This document shows, piece by piece, positions 31,586-42,995 of a stretch of DNA of 64,000 nucleotides (the stretch's first letter is position 1; every line of letters starts with the position of its first letter). Under the pieces are notes generated by a model, which did no database searches, was not told where the DNA came from, and saw only the letters and a list, made by a program, of their open reading frames with translations. The DNA lies in assembly GCA_963788195.1 (NCBI GenBank), contig CAWBGA010000005.1, positions 96,001-160,000 on the forward strand. The letters run 5' to 3'. The position numbers and the translations under genes were made by a program. This DNA is from Nitrospirota bacterium (GTDB taxonomy: Bacteria; Nitrospirota; Nitrospiria; Nitrospirales; NS-4).

Positions 31586-33013
31586 ATGCATCAGGCGTTT
31601 CGGACCAAGTCCTGTGATCGAATTCTCAGTGATTGCGAAGCTCAGCCGCACAAGTTAAAACGGACGCTCACGGCCTTCGACCTGACGGCCCTCGGCATCG
31701 GGGCGATTATCGGGACTGGCATCTTTGTGTTGGTCGGCACCGCGGCAGTCGGCGCCGAAGGCCGCCCCGGCGCGGGGCCTGGCTTAGTGCTCTCATTTAT
31801 CCTATCTGGAACTGCCTGTGCGCTGGCGGCTCTCTGTTACGCCGAGTTCGCTTCGATGATCCCCGTCGCGGGTTCGGCCTATACCTATTCCTACGCCAGC
31901 CTCGGCGAGTTTCTCGCGTGGATTACGGGATGGAACCTCATATTGGAATACGGCGTAGCGTGTGTCGCCGTGTCGATCGGTTGGTCGGGGTATTTGGCGA
32001 GTATCCTGGAGCGCGTAGGGATTCACCTTCCGGTGTCCCTGACCAATACGCCCTTCGAAGGCGGTATCATGAATCTGCCGGCGGCATTGATAGTGCTCGT
32101 ATTGACGGTCTTACTGGTCATCGGCATCAAAGAGAGCGCGCGCGTGACGAGCATCATCGTCGTCATTAAGATTGCCGTCGTGCTGTTCTTCATCGTCGTG
32201 GGAGCGTTCGCGGTAGATCCTGCAAACTGGTCTCCGTTCATGCCCAATGGCTTTGCGGGCGTTGGCGCCGCCGCCGCCATCATTTTCTTTGCCTACATAG
32301 GATTTGATGCGGTCTCTACCACCGCCGAGGAAGCTCGCAATCCGCAGCGCGACGTCCCGATCGGGCTCATCGCCTCATTAGGTATTTGCACCATTCTCTA
32401 TGTTATCGTAGCCGCGGTTCTAACGGGAATAGTGCCCTATGAGCAGATTCATGTCAAAGCTCCGGTCGCGGAGGCCTTGAATTCGGTAGGCATACGATGG
32501 GGAGGAGCCCTGGTCGCCACGGGTGCCGTCGCGGGAATCACGAGCGTCCTGATTGTGATGCTCCTCGGGCAGATCCGTGTCTTCTACGCGATGTCCCGCG
32601 ACGGTTTGCTGTGGCCGTGGCTGTCGGCCGTTCATCCCAAGTATGGGACGCCGCACCACGCGACAGTTGTGACGGGAATCTCGGTCGCCATCCTTGCGGC
32701 GTTGGTGCCAATCGGTGAAGCAGCGAACCTGACGAACATCGGCACGCTCTTTGCTTTTACGTTAGTATGCGGCGCAATCATTGTCTTACGACGGACAAAT
32801 CCTAACCAGCGCCGGCCATTCCGTACACCCTTTGTCCCTGTCATTCCGATCCTGGGGATGCTGTCGTGTATCGGCCTCATGCTGTTTTTGCCCGCCATGA
32901 CCTGGTGGCGTTTTTTGCTGTGGTCTCTGATCGGAGTCGCCCTTTACATCGGTTATGGTTTGCGTCACAGCAAAATGCGGGTGCCTGAGATCACCAAGGT
33001 ATCACCTGCTTAA
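31586..33013 (+). CDS. APC-family amino acid permease
   Basis: GIGAIIGTGIFV, CYAEFASMIPVAGSAYTY, FFAYIGFDAVST. Confidence 0.93.
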   Translation: MHQAFRTKSCDRILSDCEAQPHKLKRTLTAFDLTALGIGAIIGTGIFVLVGTAAVGAEGRPGAGPGLVLSFILSGTACALAALCYAEFASMIPVAGSAYTYSYASLGEFLAWITGWNLILEYGVACVAVSIGWSGYLASILERVGIHLPVSLTNTPFEGGIMNLPAALIVLVLTVLLVIGIKESARVTSIIVVIKIAVVLFFIVVGAFAVDPANWSPFMPNGFAGVGAAAAIIFFAYIGFDAVSTTAEEARNPQRDVPIGLIASLGICTILYVIVAAVLTGIVPYEQIHVKAPVAEALNSVGIRWGGALVATGAVAGITSVLIVMLLGQIRVFYAMSRDGLLWPWLSAVHPKYGTPHHATVVTGISVAILAALVPIGEAANLTNIGTLFAFTLVCGAIIVLRRTNPNQRRPFRTPFVPVIPILGMLSCIGLMLFLPAMTWWRFLLWSLIGVALYIGYGLRHSKMRVPEITKVSPA

Positions 33014-33102
33014 TGCATTCCAACCTGGGAAATCTGATGCGTAATGCTACAGTAAACGGTAATACCCGACCCGGGTTTCCTCGCACAGACGAAAGGATAA
33101 TC

Positions 33103-33867
33103 ATGAAAGAGACCAGGAGTCATGCGCTTGCTCTGGGTCTTGTTTTGGCCATGATTATCATGACAGCGGACGCCGGCCTGCTTTGCATCCCCGCAAACGC
33201 CGCGGAGCCACTCGAGGAGGTCGTCGTCAAGGACACCAAGCTCACGCTCGAGGATGCGGACACGGAAGATTACGATCCGTGGGAGGGGTTCAATGAAAAG
33301 ATGTTCAACTTTAATTACAAACTGGATCGTTATGTCTTCAAACCGGTAGCAAGGGTCTATAACGAGATAGTGTTGCCGGGGGAACAGCAAGCCATCCACA
33401 ATGCCTTTGACAACGTCGCCATGCCACGGCGCTTTATCAATAGCCTACTTCAAGGAAAATTCAAGGGAGCCACTCGCGAGATCGCGCGTTTCGTAATCAA
33501 TTCAACGCTGGGTGTGGCGGGCTTGGCGGATGTAGCGAAGTACCAGTTCAATCTTGAAAAGAGCGACGAAGATACGGGGCAGACCTTCGGTCACTACGGG
33601 GCCGGGCCGGGGCCGTATCTCGTTCTCCCCTTTTCCTCCCCGTTGACCGTCCGCGATGCCATCGGCTTCGTGCTCGATATCGCCATGGATCCCCTTACTT
33701 ATGTCTTGCCCGCGCTCGGCTCCATCGGGAAGAAGACCGAGGACATTGTGAACGAACGGGCGCTCAACCTTGATACGTATGAGAATGTGGAGGAGGCCAC
33801 CCTTGATCTCTACAGTGCAGTCCGTAACGCTTATCTGACGCGACGCAAGCAGCAAATTGCGGAATAG
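33103..33867 (+). CDS. mlaA: MlaA/VacJ family protein, copy 1
   Basis: DPWEGFN, RFVINSTLG..GL.DVA, EDTGQTFG.YG...GPYLVLP, DLYSAVRNAY. Confidence 0.9.
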   Translation: MKETRSHALALGLVLAMIIMTADAGLLCIPANAAEPLEEVVVKDTKLTLEDADTEDYDPWEGFNEKMFNFNYKLDRYVFKPVARVYNEIVLPGEQQAIHNAFDNVAMPRRFINSLLQGKFKGATREIARFVINSTLGVAGLADVAKYQFNLEKSDEDTGQTFGHYGAGPGPYLVLPFSSPLTVRDAIGFVLDIAMDPLTYVLPALGSIGKKTEDIVNERALNLDTYENVEEATLDLYSAVRNAYLTRRKQQIAE

Positions 33868-34056
33868 TAAGGCGAGTTAGTCTCCCGCCCTAGACAGTAT
33901 GGTTCCCACTGCAGTGACTTAAATCCATTGCTTTCAATGACCTAAGTGCGGTTAGGCAGATGTGGGTTGTCACATCTGTCACCCGGCTCATGGCGATCTG
34001 AATAGCGGCCGATAACACCCCTGGACCACGAACTTCCGAACAAGAAAAGAGGGTGT

Positions 34057-34920
34057 ATGCGGAATCACAAGACCTACATGGCGCTCGCAGTTATCATGTC
34101 CGTCGGGACGCTTGGGGTCGGACCGTTGCACACTCCCGACACGAACGTGCAGCCTCTTGAGGAGGTCGTTGTTCATGATACCAAGCTTGACCCGGATGAT
34201 TCGGGAATGGAGGATTACGACCCCTGGGAGCCGTTTAACGAGAAGATGTTTAGCTTTAACTATAAACTGGACCGTTATGTGATCAAGCCCGTGGCAAAAG
34301 TGTATAACGAAATCGTGCTGGATGGAGAGAAACAGGCCATTCGTAATGCGTATGACAACATCGTCATGCCCCGGCGCTTTATCAACAGCATGCTTCAGGG
34401 CAAATTCCGTGGCGCCGGCCGGGAGCTTTCGCGTTTCGTCATCAACTCAACGCTTGGTGTGGGCGGATTGGCCGATGTGGCCAGGTATCAGTTCAATATA
34501 GAGAACAGCGACGTAAATAGCGCCGATACCTTCGGCTTCTACGGCGCCGCGCCCGGCCCATATTTGGTCCTTCCGTTCTTGCCTCCCTTTACGGTTCGGG
34601 GCGCCGTCGGATACGCCTTCGATCTTGCGCTGGATCCGATTAGTTACGTGCTGCCGCTCGCCGGGAGCTTCGGCAAGACATCAGAGGACATCGTTAACAA
34701 TCGCGCAGTCAACCTCGAAAACTATCAGAGCGTAGAAGAAGCCACCCTCGATCTGTACAGCGCCGTTCGCAACGCGCACCTTACCGAGGCAAACCGCAGA
34801 TCGCACAAGGACCCTTTCGGATCCGACTCAAAATTGACGATCCAAACCAAGATGAACTGCGGCAACAGTGCACCATCCCAAGCCAACGTGAGCGGCGTGA
34901 ACACAATCCCCAGCTGCTGA
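34057..34920 (+). CDS. mlaA: MlaA/VacJ family protein, copy 2
   Basis: Same motifs; tandem paralogue with a C-terminal extension. Confidence 0.88.
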   Translation: MRNHKTYMALAVIMSVGTLGVGPLHTPDTNVQPLEEVVVHDTKLDPDDSGMEDYDPWEPFNEKMFSFNYKLDRYVIKPVAKVYNEIVLDGEKQAIRNAYDNIVMPRRFINSMLQGKFRGAGRELSRFVINSTLGVGGLADVARYQFNIENSDVNSADTFGFYGAAPGPYLVLPFLPPFTVRGAVGYAFDLALDPISYVLPLAGSFGKTSEDIVNNRAVNLENYQSVEEATLDLYSAVRNAHLTEANRRSHKDPFGSDSKLTIQTKMNCGNSAPSQANVSGVNTIPSC

Positions 34921-34927
34921 AAACCCG

Positions 34928-35971
34928 TCACAGAATGAGCATTGCATCGCCGTAGCTATAAAAACGGTAGCGGTCAGCGGCGGCCCGGTGGTACGCCTCG
35001 AGGATCCTCTCGCGACCCGCCAGCGCGCAGACCAGGATAAACAGCGTGCTCTTCGGAAGATGAAAATTCGTGAGCATGCCGTTCACGACCTTAAATGTAT
35101 AGCCTGGATAAATAAACAGGTCCGTTTCACCTGAACCCGCAGTCAGGGGAAGGCCCTTCGCTGCCGCGGTCTCAAGCACACGAACACTGGTACTGCCTAC
35201 CGCGATGATCCTGCCGCCGCGCTCTCGGGTTTCGACAATGGATTTCGCGGTGTCTTCAGGCAATTCGTAGGATTCCGGCTCCATGTCATGCTCCCGAATG
35301 TCCGGCGATGTGACCGGCTTGAACGTGCCTGGTCCTACGTGCAACGTAACGGTTGCTGTGCGCACCCCACGAGCTTCCAACTCATGAAACAGCTCGTGGG
35401 TAAAGTGCAGGCCGGCGGTGGGGGCAGCCACGGCACCCGGCCTGCGGGCGAAGATCGTCTGGTACCGATCGCGGTCCATGCCGTTTGCCGTTCGGCGAAT
35501 GTACGGCGGCAAAGGAACGGTGCCGGCCGTCTCGGCATATCTCAGCACGTCGAGATCGGGGGGGAAAGCCACTATTGAGTGTCCGCCCTCCGATGGGAGC
35601 ACGGTAACACAAATATTTTCGGGCAATTCCAATAGCTGGCCAGGCCGGATTTTGCCGCCGACCAGCACCTGCCATGTTTCTCCTCCGGCTTGCGCAGAAG
35701 AGTCTGGCGCGAGGCGGCGCACCAGCAGGAGTTCCACTTTGCCGCCGCTCGGCTTCTTCGTGCCGACCAGGCGAGCAGGGAAGACCCGGGTGTCGTTGAG
35801 TATAAGGAGATCGCCAGAAGCCAGGATCTGGGGGAGCGCGGAAACGCGCTCATGGCTAATCACCCCCGTCTGCCGCTCAAAGATCATGAGCCGCGCGTGG
35901 TGGCGAGGCTCGATCGGTTGCTGGGCGATCAGGGAGGGGTCGAGCGTATAGTCAAAATCTTCAAGCCGCAT
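34928..35971 (-). CDS. queA: S-adenosylmethionine:tRNA ribosyltransferase-isomerase
   Basis: FDYTL, NDTRVFPARL, PLPPYI, AVAAPTAGLHF, TNFHLP.STL, YRFYSYGDAM. Confidence 0.97.
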   Translation of the reverse strand: MRLEDFDYTLDPSLIAQQPIEPRHHARLMIFERQTGVISHERVSALPQILASGDLLILNDTRVFPARLVGTKKPSGGKVELLLVRRLAPDSSAQAGGETWQVLVGGKIRPGQLLELPENICVTVLPSEGGHSIVAFPPDLDVLRYAETAGTVPLPPYIRRTANGMDRDRYQTIFARRPGAVAAPTAGLHFTHELFHELEARGVRTATVTLHVGPGTFKPVTSPDIREHDMEPESYELPEDTAKSIVETRERGGRIIAVGSTSVRVLETAAAKGLPLTAGSGETDLFIYPGYTFKVVNGMLTNFHLPKSTLFILVCALAGRERILEAYHRAAADRYRFYSYGDAMLIL

Positions 35972-37104
35972 TAACGGGATGGGCGTGTGAGAGCCCGGAT
36001 TTCTGTCCCCGGATAATAATACGTGAGGATCGTTCCGGCGCTGTAGCCGCGTTCCGCAAGAACTTTGGCGCCCCATTGGCACAGGCCCACGCCATGCCCG
36101 GCGCCGCGTCCTGTAAACTGGATCCGCAGGCCGGTCAATTCGAAATCGAACATCGTACTGGCCAGGGTTGTATAGCCGACGATGCGGCGGAGATCTTCTC
36201 CTCGTAGGAAAAGTTCCCCGCCGGAGTGCAGAATGCGCACCTGCGCGACTCGTCCGGAGGGGGAATATGATACCGGATCAATACTGGCGATGATGCCAAT
36301 GGGAAACGCCTCCTCGCGCAAGCGCTGCTCCAGCGCGGCTAGTGAAACATCCGTTCGCCACTGATAGCGGGGAGATTCTATATCGAACGGACACTCAACG
36401 CCTTTGAGGTATGGTAGGTCCATTGACCAGACATATGAAGCGTCTTCAGTTGGGCCTGCTGCGGTGGAGTGATAAGCGGCAAATATCGGAAGCCCCTCAT
36501 ACGTGAGGATCAAATCGCGGGTCTGCTCGACGGCGCGGACCACGGCGGAATTAATGGCGTTGCGCCCACGATAAACCTGGTCCTGTGTGGAGGCGGAAAT
36601 ATCGAAGTCTTTGTTTGTGCCATTTCGAAGCTGATAGAGGGCATACGTCCGTGCAGCAATCGCCTGCACCTTCAACGCCTCCAGGTGCCAGGTTGAATTC
36701 ATTTCGGCCGGTACGACACCTTTAATGTACTCTTCCAAGTCTAATTCATTGATGACCAGTAACCGATGATTCACCCGTTTCACAATGAGCCGCCCCGGCA
36801 AAGCCATTCCGTTCAAGATTATGTCGCCGTTGCGCCCGCGTAACTCGACCTGATCGGTCCGGAGCCGTCGACCGTCCACGATCAATCCGCCGCCACCCGA
36901 GCCAACATCAATCCTGATGGAGCGGGCACGCGAGAACTCATCGCCGCCATGGTGGCTGATAATGAAGCCTTGCGGTGACAGCGATGCGCGACGGATTCAG
37001 CCTGCTGCTGGAGAGCGACCCGGATCGTTTCTGCAGATGTGAGGTCCAGAGGGAAGAAGCACGAGAGCCGCCAGGGCTATACCCGCACGCAGTAAAGCCA
37101 TCAT
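35971..37104 (-). CDS. SpoIID/LytB domain protein, apparent frameshifts in the 5' part
   Basis: LEEYIKGVVPAEM, EALKVQAIAARTYA, DQVY, GHGVGLCQWGA; signal peptide and ETIRVAL lie in shifted frames. Confidence 0.88.
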
Positions 37105-37116
37105 GCGGTTTTCATG

Positions 37117-37362
37117 CTATCTTCGGAAGAGTAACCATAGGATGAGACTCATCGCAACGCTGAGCAGGAGGCTCGTGGTCAGCGGGAAGTAAAATGAAAA
37201 ATTGTCGCGCTTGATGTAGATATCACCGGGAAGCCGGCCAAGGATACTGAGTCCGGGCAGTCGGCCGGCAAAAATCAGCAACGCGCCGACCACCAGGAGC
37301 AAGCCGCCCAGCCCCAGGAGGAATTTACCGAAACCGCTGACATCCATAGCGCGATCATCCAC
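37117..37362 (-). CDS. DUF2905 membrane protein
   Basis: LGRLPGDI.IKR.NF.FYFPLTTSLLLS. Confidence 0.88.
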   Translation of the reverse strand: MDDRAMDVSGFGKFLLGLGGLLLVVGALLIFAGRLPGLSILGRLPGDIYIKRDNFSFYFPLTTSLLLSVAMSLILWLLFRR

Positions 37363-37373
37363 GGCGGGACAGG

Positions 37374-38408
37374 CTACTTTCGCTCACCGTGGAGAGCGGC
37401 TTCAATAAGGGCTTCCGCAATCTGGATGGCGTTCAAGGCCGCCCCTTTGCGCAGATTGTCGGCGACGATCCAGAGATTCAGCCCGTTTGGAATCGATTCA
37501 TCCTCGCGAATTCGGCCAACGTACACCTCATCCTTCCCCGCGACGTCGAGCGGCGTCGGATAGATCTTATGCGAGGGGTCGTCATACACCATGATGCCCG
37601 GTGCTTCGGCAAGCAGGGCCCGGGCCTCATTCGCCGAAAGTTTCGACTCCGTCTCGATGTTGACGGATTCGGAATGGCCGACGTAGACAGGCACACGAAC
37701 CGTTGTCGCGGTCACCTGGATCGTGTCATCGCCCATGATCTTACGCGTCTCGTGGACCATCTTCATCTCTTCCTTGGTATATCCCGTGGCAAGAAAGTCG
37801 TCGATGTGCGGGAGACAGTTAAAGGCGATCTGATGCGGATAAACGGACGGCGTCACCTCTTTGAAGGACAGGAGGTCACGGGATTCCTCCAACAGCTCAT
37901 CCATCGCCTCCTTCCCAGTGCCGGACACCGATTGGAACGTGGTCACGACGATTCGCTTAATGCGCGCGGCCGTGTGTAAGGGCTCCAGGGCGACCACCAT
38001 CTGTATGGTAGAACAATTTGGGTTTGCAATGACTCCTTTATGCCAACTCAGATCCGCCCTGTTCACTTCGGGGACCACCAGCGGTACCCCGGGATCCATG
38101 CGCCAAGCTGCGCTATTGTCGATCACGACCGCGCCCGCCTGTACAGCAAGCGGCGCGAATTTTCGGCTGATCTCGGCGCCGGCAGAAAACAAGGCCAGAT
38201 CAACCCCGGCAAAGGACTCTTCGGTCAGTTCTTGGATGACGAGTTCCTGGTCCTTGAAGGAAATGGTTCCCCCAACGGATCGCGAGGATGCGAGCGGGCG
38301 AAGTTCCCCGACCGGAAACTTCCGTTCTTCAAGGATCGCGATCATCTCCGTGCCGACAGCTCCCGTGGCGCCGACAACGGCCACCGTGTACGAGGCCTTA
38401 CGTTGCAT
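37374..38408 (-). CDS. asd: aspartate-semialdehyde dehydrogenase
   Basis: VVGATGAVG, IDNSAAWRM, IANPNCSTIQ, QSVSGTG, DNLRKGAALN. Confidence 0.97.
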   Translation of the reverse strand: MQRKASYTVAVVGATGAVGTEMIAILEERKFPVGELRPLASSRSVGGTISFKDQELVIQELTEESFAGVDLALFSAGAEISRKFAPLAVQAGAVVIDNSAAWRMDPGVPLVVPEVNRADLSWHKGVIANPNCSTIQMVVALEPLHTAARIKRIVVTTFQSVSGTGKEAMDELLEESRDLLSFKEVTPSVYPHQIAFNCLPHIDDFLATGYTKEEMKMVHETRKIMGDDTIQVTATTVRVPVYVGHSESVNIETESKLSANEARALLAEAPGIMVYDDPSHKIYPTPLDVAGKDEVYVGRIREDESIPNGLNLWIVADNLRKGAALNAIQIAEALIEAALHGERK

Positions 38409-38571
38409 GGACTTATGATAGCAGCCTGGCGACCGAGAAAGAAAGCTTCCCGGGGCCGCGCGAAAACTTGTTTTGATACCTGCCGTGTGATATGGATGAT
38501 TGACGCTTACATAATTATACATAATTAATTAACCTTTACGCGATCACACTGCCTGCCAAGCGGGGGAGACG

Positions 38572-38940
38572 ATGAAAAAACAGTTCATGATGAGTGCATC
38601 TCTGTGCATGCTGACGTGCCTCTGGATTACAAGTCCGACGATTGGGGCGTCGCCCGAGGATATCGCCCGTGATCGTCAGGATCTCCTGCAAGACAGGGAA
38701 GAGATTCGGCAGGACAGGCGGGATTTGCGCGAGGATATGGATCAGCGCCGTAAGGACCGCAACCAGCTTTTAAAAGACAAACAGTTGGGGGCCAGTGAGG
38801 CTACTCTCGCGGAGGACCGAAAACAGCTCCACGAGGATCGTAAAGAGATCCAGCGCGCCAAGAAGGAGCTTCGGCATGACCAGCGGGAGGGCCGGCACGA
38901 TCGTCGCGGGCTGCGTCATGAGCGCCGTGAGAACAAGTGA
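38572..38940 (+). CDS. secreted charged coiled-coil protein
   Basis: GGGGGAG RBS, signal peptide, heptad repeats such as DRQDLLQ/DREEIRQ/DRRDLRE. Confidence 0.75.
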   Translation: MKKQFMMSASLCMLTCLWITSPTIGASPEDIARDRQDLLQDREEIRQDRRDLREDMDQRRKDRNQLLKDKQLGASEATLAEDRKQLHEDRKEIQRAKKELRHDQREGRHDRRGLRHERRENK

Positions 38941-39777
<837 letters not shown>

Positions 39778-39788
39778 AGGTGAAGGGT

Positions 39789-40685
39789 TCAGAGGCCGGC
39801 CTGGCTGAGAAACTCCTGAGCCACTTCGCGTACCGGCCGATGTCGCCCATCCACCTGGGAGTTGAGCTTCTGCATAGCGGCATCAGTGAATTTTCCCGAA
39901 AGCTCTGCTAGTGCTTCGCGTAATGCGGGGCGCGCTTCAAGGATGCCGGTCCGGACCGCAATCGCTGCCTCATAGGGTGGAAAATAGTGCTTGTCGTCCT
40001 GAAGCACCGTGACATCCATTGTCGCAAGCGATCCATCGGTGGCGTTGCCTGCGACCATATCCACTTGTCTTTGTTCCAGGGCCTTATAGATCAAGCCGAG
40101 GTCCATTGTTCGCACTGCCCCCTTGAGCGGCAGCCCATATGTCTTTAGCAGGCCGGCGAGACCATCCGGGCGCTGCTGGAATTCGTACCCAACACCGAGT
40201 ACCCACCCCGGGCCGTGCTTTGCCGCATCGCTCAACGTTTTCAACTGGCCTCGACGCGCGTCCTCTCCGCGGATGACCATGGCAAACGTGTTATTAAACC
40301 CAAGCGGGTCAAGCCAGGCGACTCGAAAGCGGCTGAGGTATTCAGATTGGACCTGCTGAAACGCCTGTTGCCGATCGCGAGAAGGGGGAAGCTTAAGAAT
40401 TGAGGTCAATGCGGTGCCGGTATACTCAGGGTACAGATCGATGTCTCCGCTCACTAGAGACTGGTGGGCCAACAACGTGCCTCCCAGGTTAAATTTGCGA
40501 TCCACCTTGATGTGTAGCCTGTGCTCCAAATGCTGCGCGACAATCTCGCCCAGAATGAGCTGCTCGGTAAAATTCTTCGAACCTACGACAACGGGCCGCT
40601 CGCGGGAGCAGCCGGTGTTCAAGACCACAACACCAATAAGAAGACTTGCTGCGATCAGGTTACAAGAAATCTGCGCTCGGCCCAT
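39789..40685 (-). CDS. glycine-betaine/ergothioneine-type ABC substrate-binding lipoprotein (OpuAC/OsmF fold)
   Basis: Lipobox NTGC; VGSKNFTEQ, DLYPEYTGT, GFNNTF, EF..RPDG, YFPPY. Confidence 0.88.
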   Translation of the reverse strand: MGRAQISCNLIAASLLIGVVVLNTGCSRERPVVVGSKNFTEQLILGEIVAQHLEHRLHIKVDRKFNLGGTLLAHQSLVSGDIDLYPEYTGTALTSILKLPPSRDRQQAFQQVQSEYLSRFRVAWLDPLGFNNTFAMVIRGEDARRGQLKTLSDAAKHGPGWVLGVGYEFQQRPDGLAGLLKTYGLPLKGAVRTMDLGLIYKALEQRQVDMVAGNATDGSLATMDVTVLQDDKHYFPPYEAAIAVRTGILEARPALREALAELSGKFTDAAMQKLNSQVDGRHRPVREVAQEFLSQAGL

Positions 40686-41270
40686 CCAAGGCCTCCATCG
40701 GCGAGAAGTGCGATCAGTGCTGCCGGAATGGCGCCGGCCAGAATCAAGGTCGTGTCGAGCGAGGCCAATCCCCGGAAGATGAACACACCAAGCCCCCCGC
40801 CGCCGATTGCTGCGGCGATCGTCGCGGTGCCGATGGTGGTCACAGTCGCGACCCGCAGGCCGGCCAGGATCGTTCGCGCCGCCAGCGGGACCTCCACTTC
40901 CCACAGGAGTTGCCGGTTGGTCATCCCCATGGCGATTGCGGATTCCCGCACGGCGGCGTCTACGCCCAAGTATTCCTGTCAGCGTGTTACGTAAAATCGG
41001 CAACAGCGCGTAGAGCACGAGCGCCAGGATAGCCGTATGCTTGCCGATCCCTCCGATGAACGGGACAGGGATCAAAAAGCCAAACAGCGCGAGACTGGGT
41101 ATGGTCTGCATGACATTGGCGAATCCAAGAACTATCCCGCGCCAGGAAGGTTTGCGCGTGAGCAGGATGCCGCCGGCGATTCCAAGAGCCCCGGCGATCA
41201 GTATGGACATGATGACGAGCCACAGATGCTCGAGGGTGAGATCAAGGATTTCCCGCAAGAGGCTGTCCAC
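40655..41270 (-). CDS. ABC permease (OpuBB/YehW-like), apparent frameshift near 40970
   Basis: QTIPSLALFG, LYALLPILRNT; continues as ESAIAMGM...GGGGLG in the other frame. Confidence 0.88.
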
Positions 41271-42014
41271 TCAGGCATCCTTCTTCAGGTCAAGGCAGGC
41301 CAGAAAGGCTTGGGCTTCGGCCGTCGTTGCATGAAGAAATTCAGCAGGCGTCGCCAGCACGTCCAGCCGCCCGTTGTGCAACAGCCCGATGCGGCTGCCC
41401 AGCAGGAGCGCCTCCCGCACATCGTGCGTGACAAACAGGGCGGTCTTGTTGAATTGCCGACGCAGCGAGAGAAACTGGCGCTGAAGCTCTACCCGCGTGA
41501 CCGGATCGAGCGCGCCGAAGGGCTCATCAAACAGCAATAGCGGTGGGTCTGCAGCGAGTGCGCGGGCGACTCCGACACGCTGGCGTTGTCCTCCGGACAA
41601 CTCCCGAGGATACCGCGCCGCGTACTGCTCATACGGAAGGCCGACTTGCGCAAGTAACGTATCTACCCGCTCCCGGACAGCGGACGGCAACCAGCCCTCG
41701 AGGCGGGGCACAAGCCCGACATTGTCGGCGATTGTGAAATGCGGGAACAGACCGACATCCTGAATCACATAGCCGATGCGCCGCCTGAGGCGGATCGGAT
41801 CCGAGGCGGTCGTCGCCACTCCTTCCACCAACACCTCTCCGCTGGTTGGACGGAGCAGATCGTTGACCATTTTTAATGCAGTGCTCTTGCCCGAGCCGCT
41901 GCGTCCCAGCAGGACCAGCGTCTCTCCGGGATGTACCTCCAAGCTTAGATCATGAAGGATCTGCCGGTTCCCGATTCGATACGAAACGTTTTGAAAAGCG
42001 ACAACGGCGTTCAC
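41271..42014 (-). CDS. ABC ATPase (OpuA/ProV-like, no CBS domains)
   Basis: GRSGSGKS, IGYVIQ..GLFPH, LSGGQRQRVGVARALAADP, DEPFGALDP. Confidence 0.93.
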   Translation of the reverse strand: MNAVVAFQNVSYRIGNRQILHDLSLEVHPGETLVLLGRSGSGKSTALKMVNDLLRPTSGEVLVEGVATTASDPIRLRRRIGYVIQDVGLFPHFTIADNVGLVPRLEGWLPSAVRERVDTLLAQVGLPYEQYAARYPRELSGGQRQRVGVARALAADPPLLLFDEPFGALDPVTRVELQRQFLSLRRQFNKTALFVTHDVREALLLGSRIGLLHNGRLDVLATPAEFLHATTAEAQAFLACLDLKKDA

Positions 42015-42994
42015 GCCTTGGAAGAAATCTCGTTCGCGGCGATGCAGAGGTTTTCAGCGAACGCCCACTCTCCATCCACCCATTGGGCCTCGCAGATGAA
42101 CCCCGCGCGCTGGGCCATCGCAGGAATCTCCTGGAGGCGAAACTTGTGGCAGGCCTCGGTCCAGATCGTCTCGCCTTCCTGGAAAGTACACGAGAACTCT
42201 GCGGCGGGAATCGAGACGGTCTGCCGGCGCTTCGACCGCAGATGCATTTCGATGCGGCGATGAGCCTCGTTAAAGCGCGCCTCATGCTCGAACTGATCAA
42301 GCACAAAGTCTCCCCCCAGCTCCCGATTAATCCGCGCCAGTAGATTCAGGTTGAAGGCGCGCGTGACGCCTGCCGGATCGTCGTAGGCGCGCAGCATCGC
42401 CGCAACCTCATTTTCCAGGTCCGTGCCGAGGAGCATGGCATCCCCCGGCAGGAGGCATTCACGTATCCGTCGGAGAAACAGATCAGCCGCAGGTCGTTCG
42501 AAATTTCCGATCGTGCTCCCGAGGAACAGCACCAGCAAGGTTTGTCCCTTGTGACGCAGGCGGGCCACATGGGCAAGCCCATCCAGATACGACGTCTCGA
42601 GGCCCACGATGCTGACGGCGCCGAGTTCCGAGAGCTCCTGTCGGCACTTCACCAGTGCGGATGCGGAAATATCGATGGGAAAATAACTGACCGGCTCCCG
42701 GCGTGCCAGGGCCTCAAGCATCCAGCGGGTCTTCTTTCCTGTGCCGCTTCCAAGCTCCGCCACCACCACAGGGGGCGCCAGGCGCTCCAGCACGTCAGGG
42801 GCGTAGCGCCGCATCAGGCGTTCATCAGCGCGCGTGAGGCCGTATTCAGGGAGCAGCGTGATGGCTTCGAACAGCGCGGTGCCGATCTCGTCGTACAGAT
42901 AGATCGAGGGAAGCTCGCGTTGATTGGGCTTGCTCAGGCCAGCCCGCACCTCGGCGGCAAAGGTGAGCAGAGTTGGTGAAGAAGGCGGGGACAT
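42011..42994 (-). CDS. egtD: L-histidine N-alpha-methyltransferase
   Basis: YLYD..G..LFE.IT.LPEY..TRA, ELGSG..KKT, FLGSTIGNF, AYDDPAGVT.AFNLN, RIEMHL, WTE. Confidence 0.9.
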   Translation of the reverse strand: MSPPSSPTLLTFAAEVRAGLSKPNQRELPSIYLYDEIGTALFEAITLLPEYGLTRADERLMRRYAPDVLERLAPPVVVAELGSGTGKKTRWMLEALARREPVSYFPIDISASALVKCRQELSELGAVSIVGLETSYLDGLAHVARLRHKGQTLLVLFLGSTIGNFERPAADLFLRRIRECLLPGDAMLLGTDLENEVAAMLRAYDDPAGVTRAFNLNLLARINRELGGDFVLDQFEHEARFNEAHRRIEMHLRSKRRQTVSIPAAEFSCTFQEGETIWTEACHKFRLQEIPAMAQRAGFICEAQWVDGEWAFAENLCIAANEISSKA

Positions 42995-42995
42995 C

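Noticed and set aside
39789..41270. 493-aa natural permease-binding protein fusion (EgtU-like)
   Set aside because: The junction is out-of-frame nonsense caused by an indel near 40970. The corrected permease stops at 40655 and the binding protein has its own lipobox.
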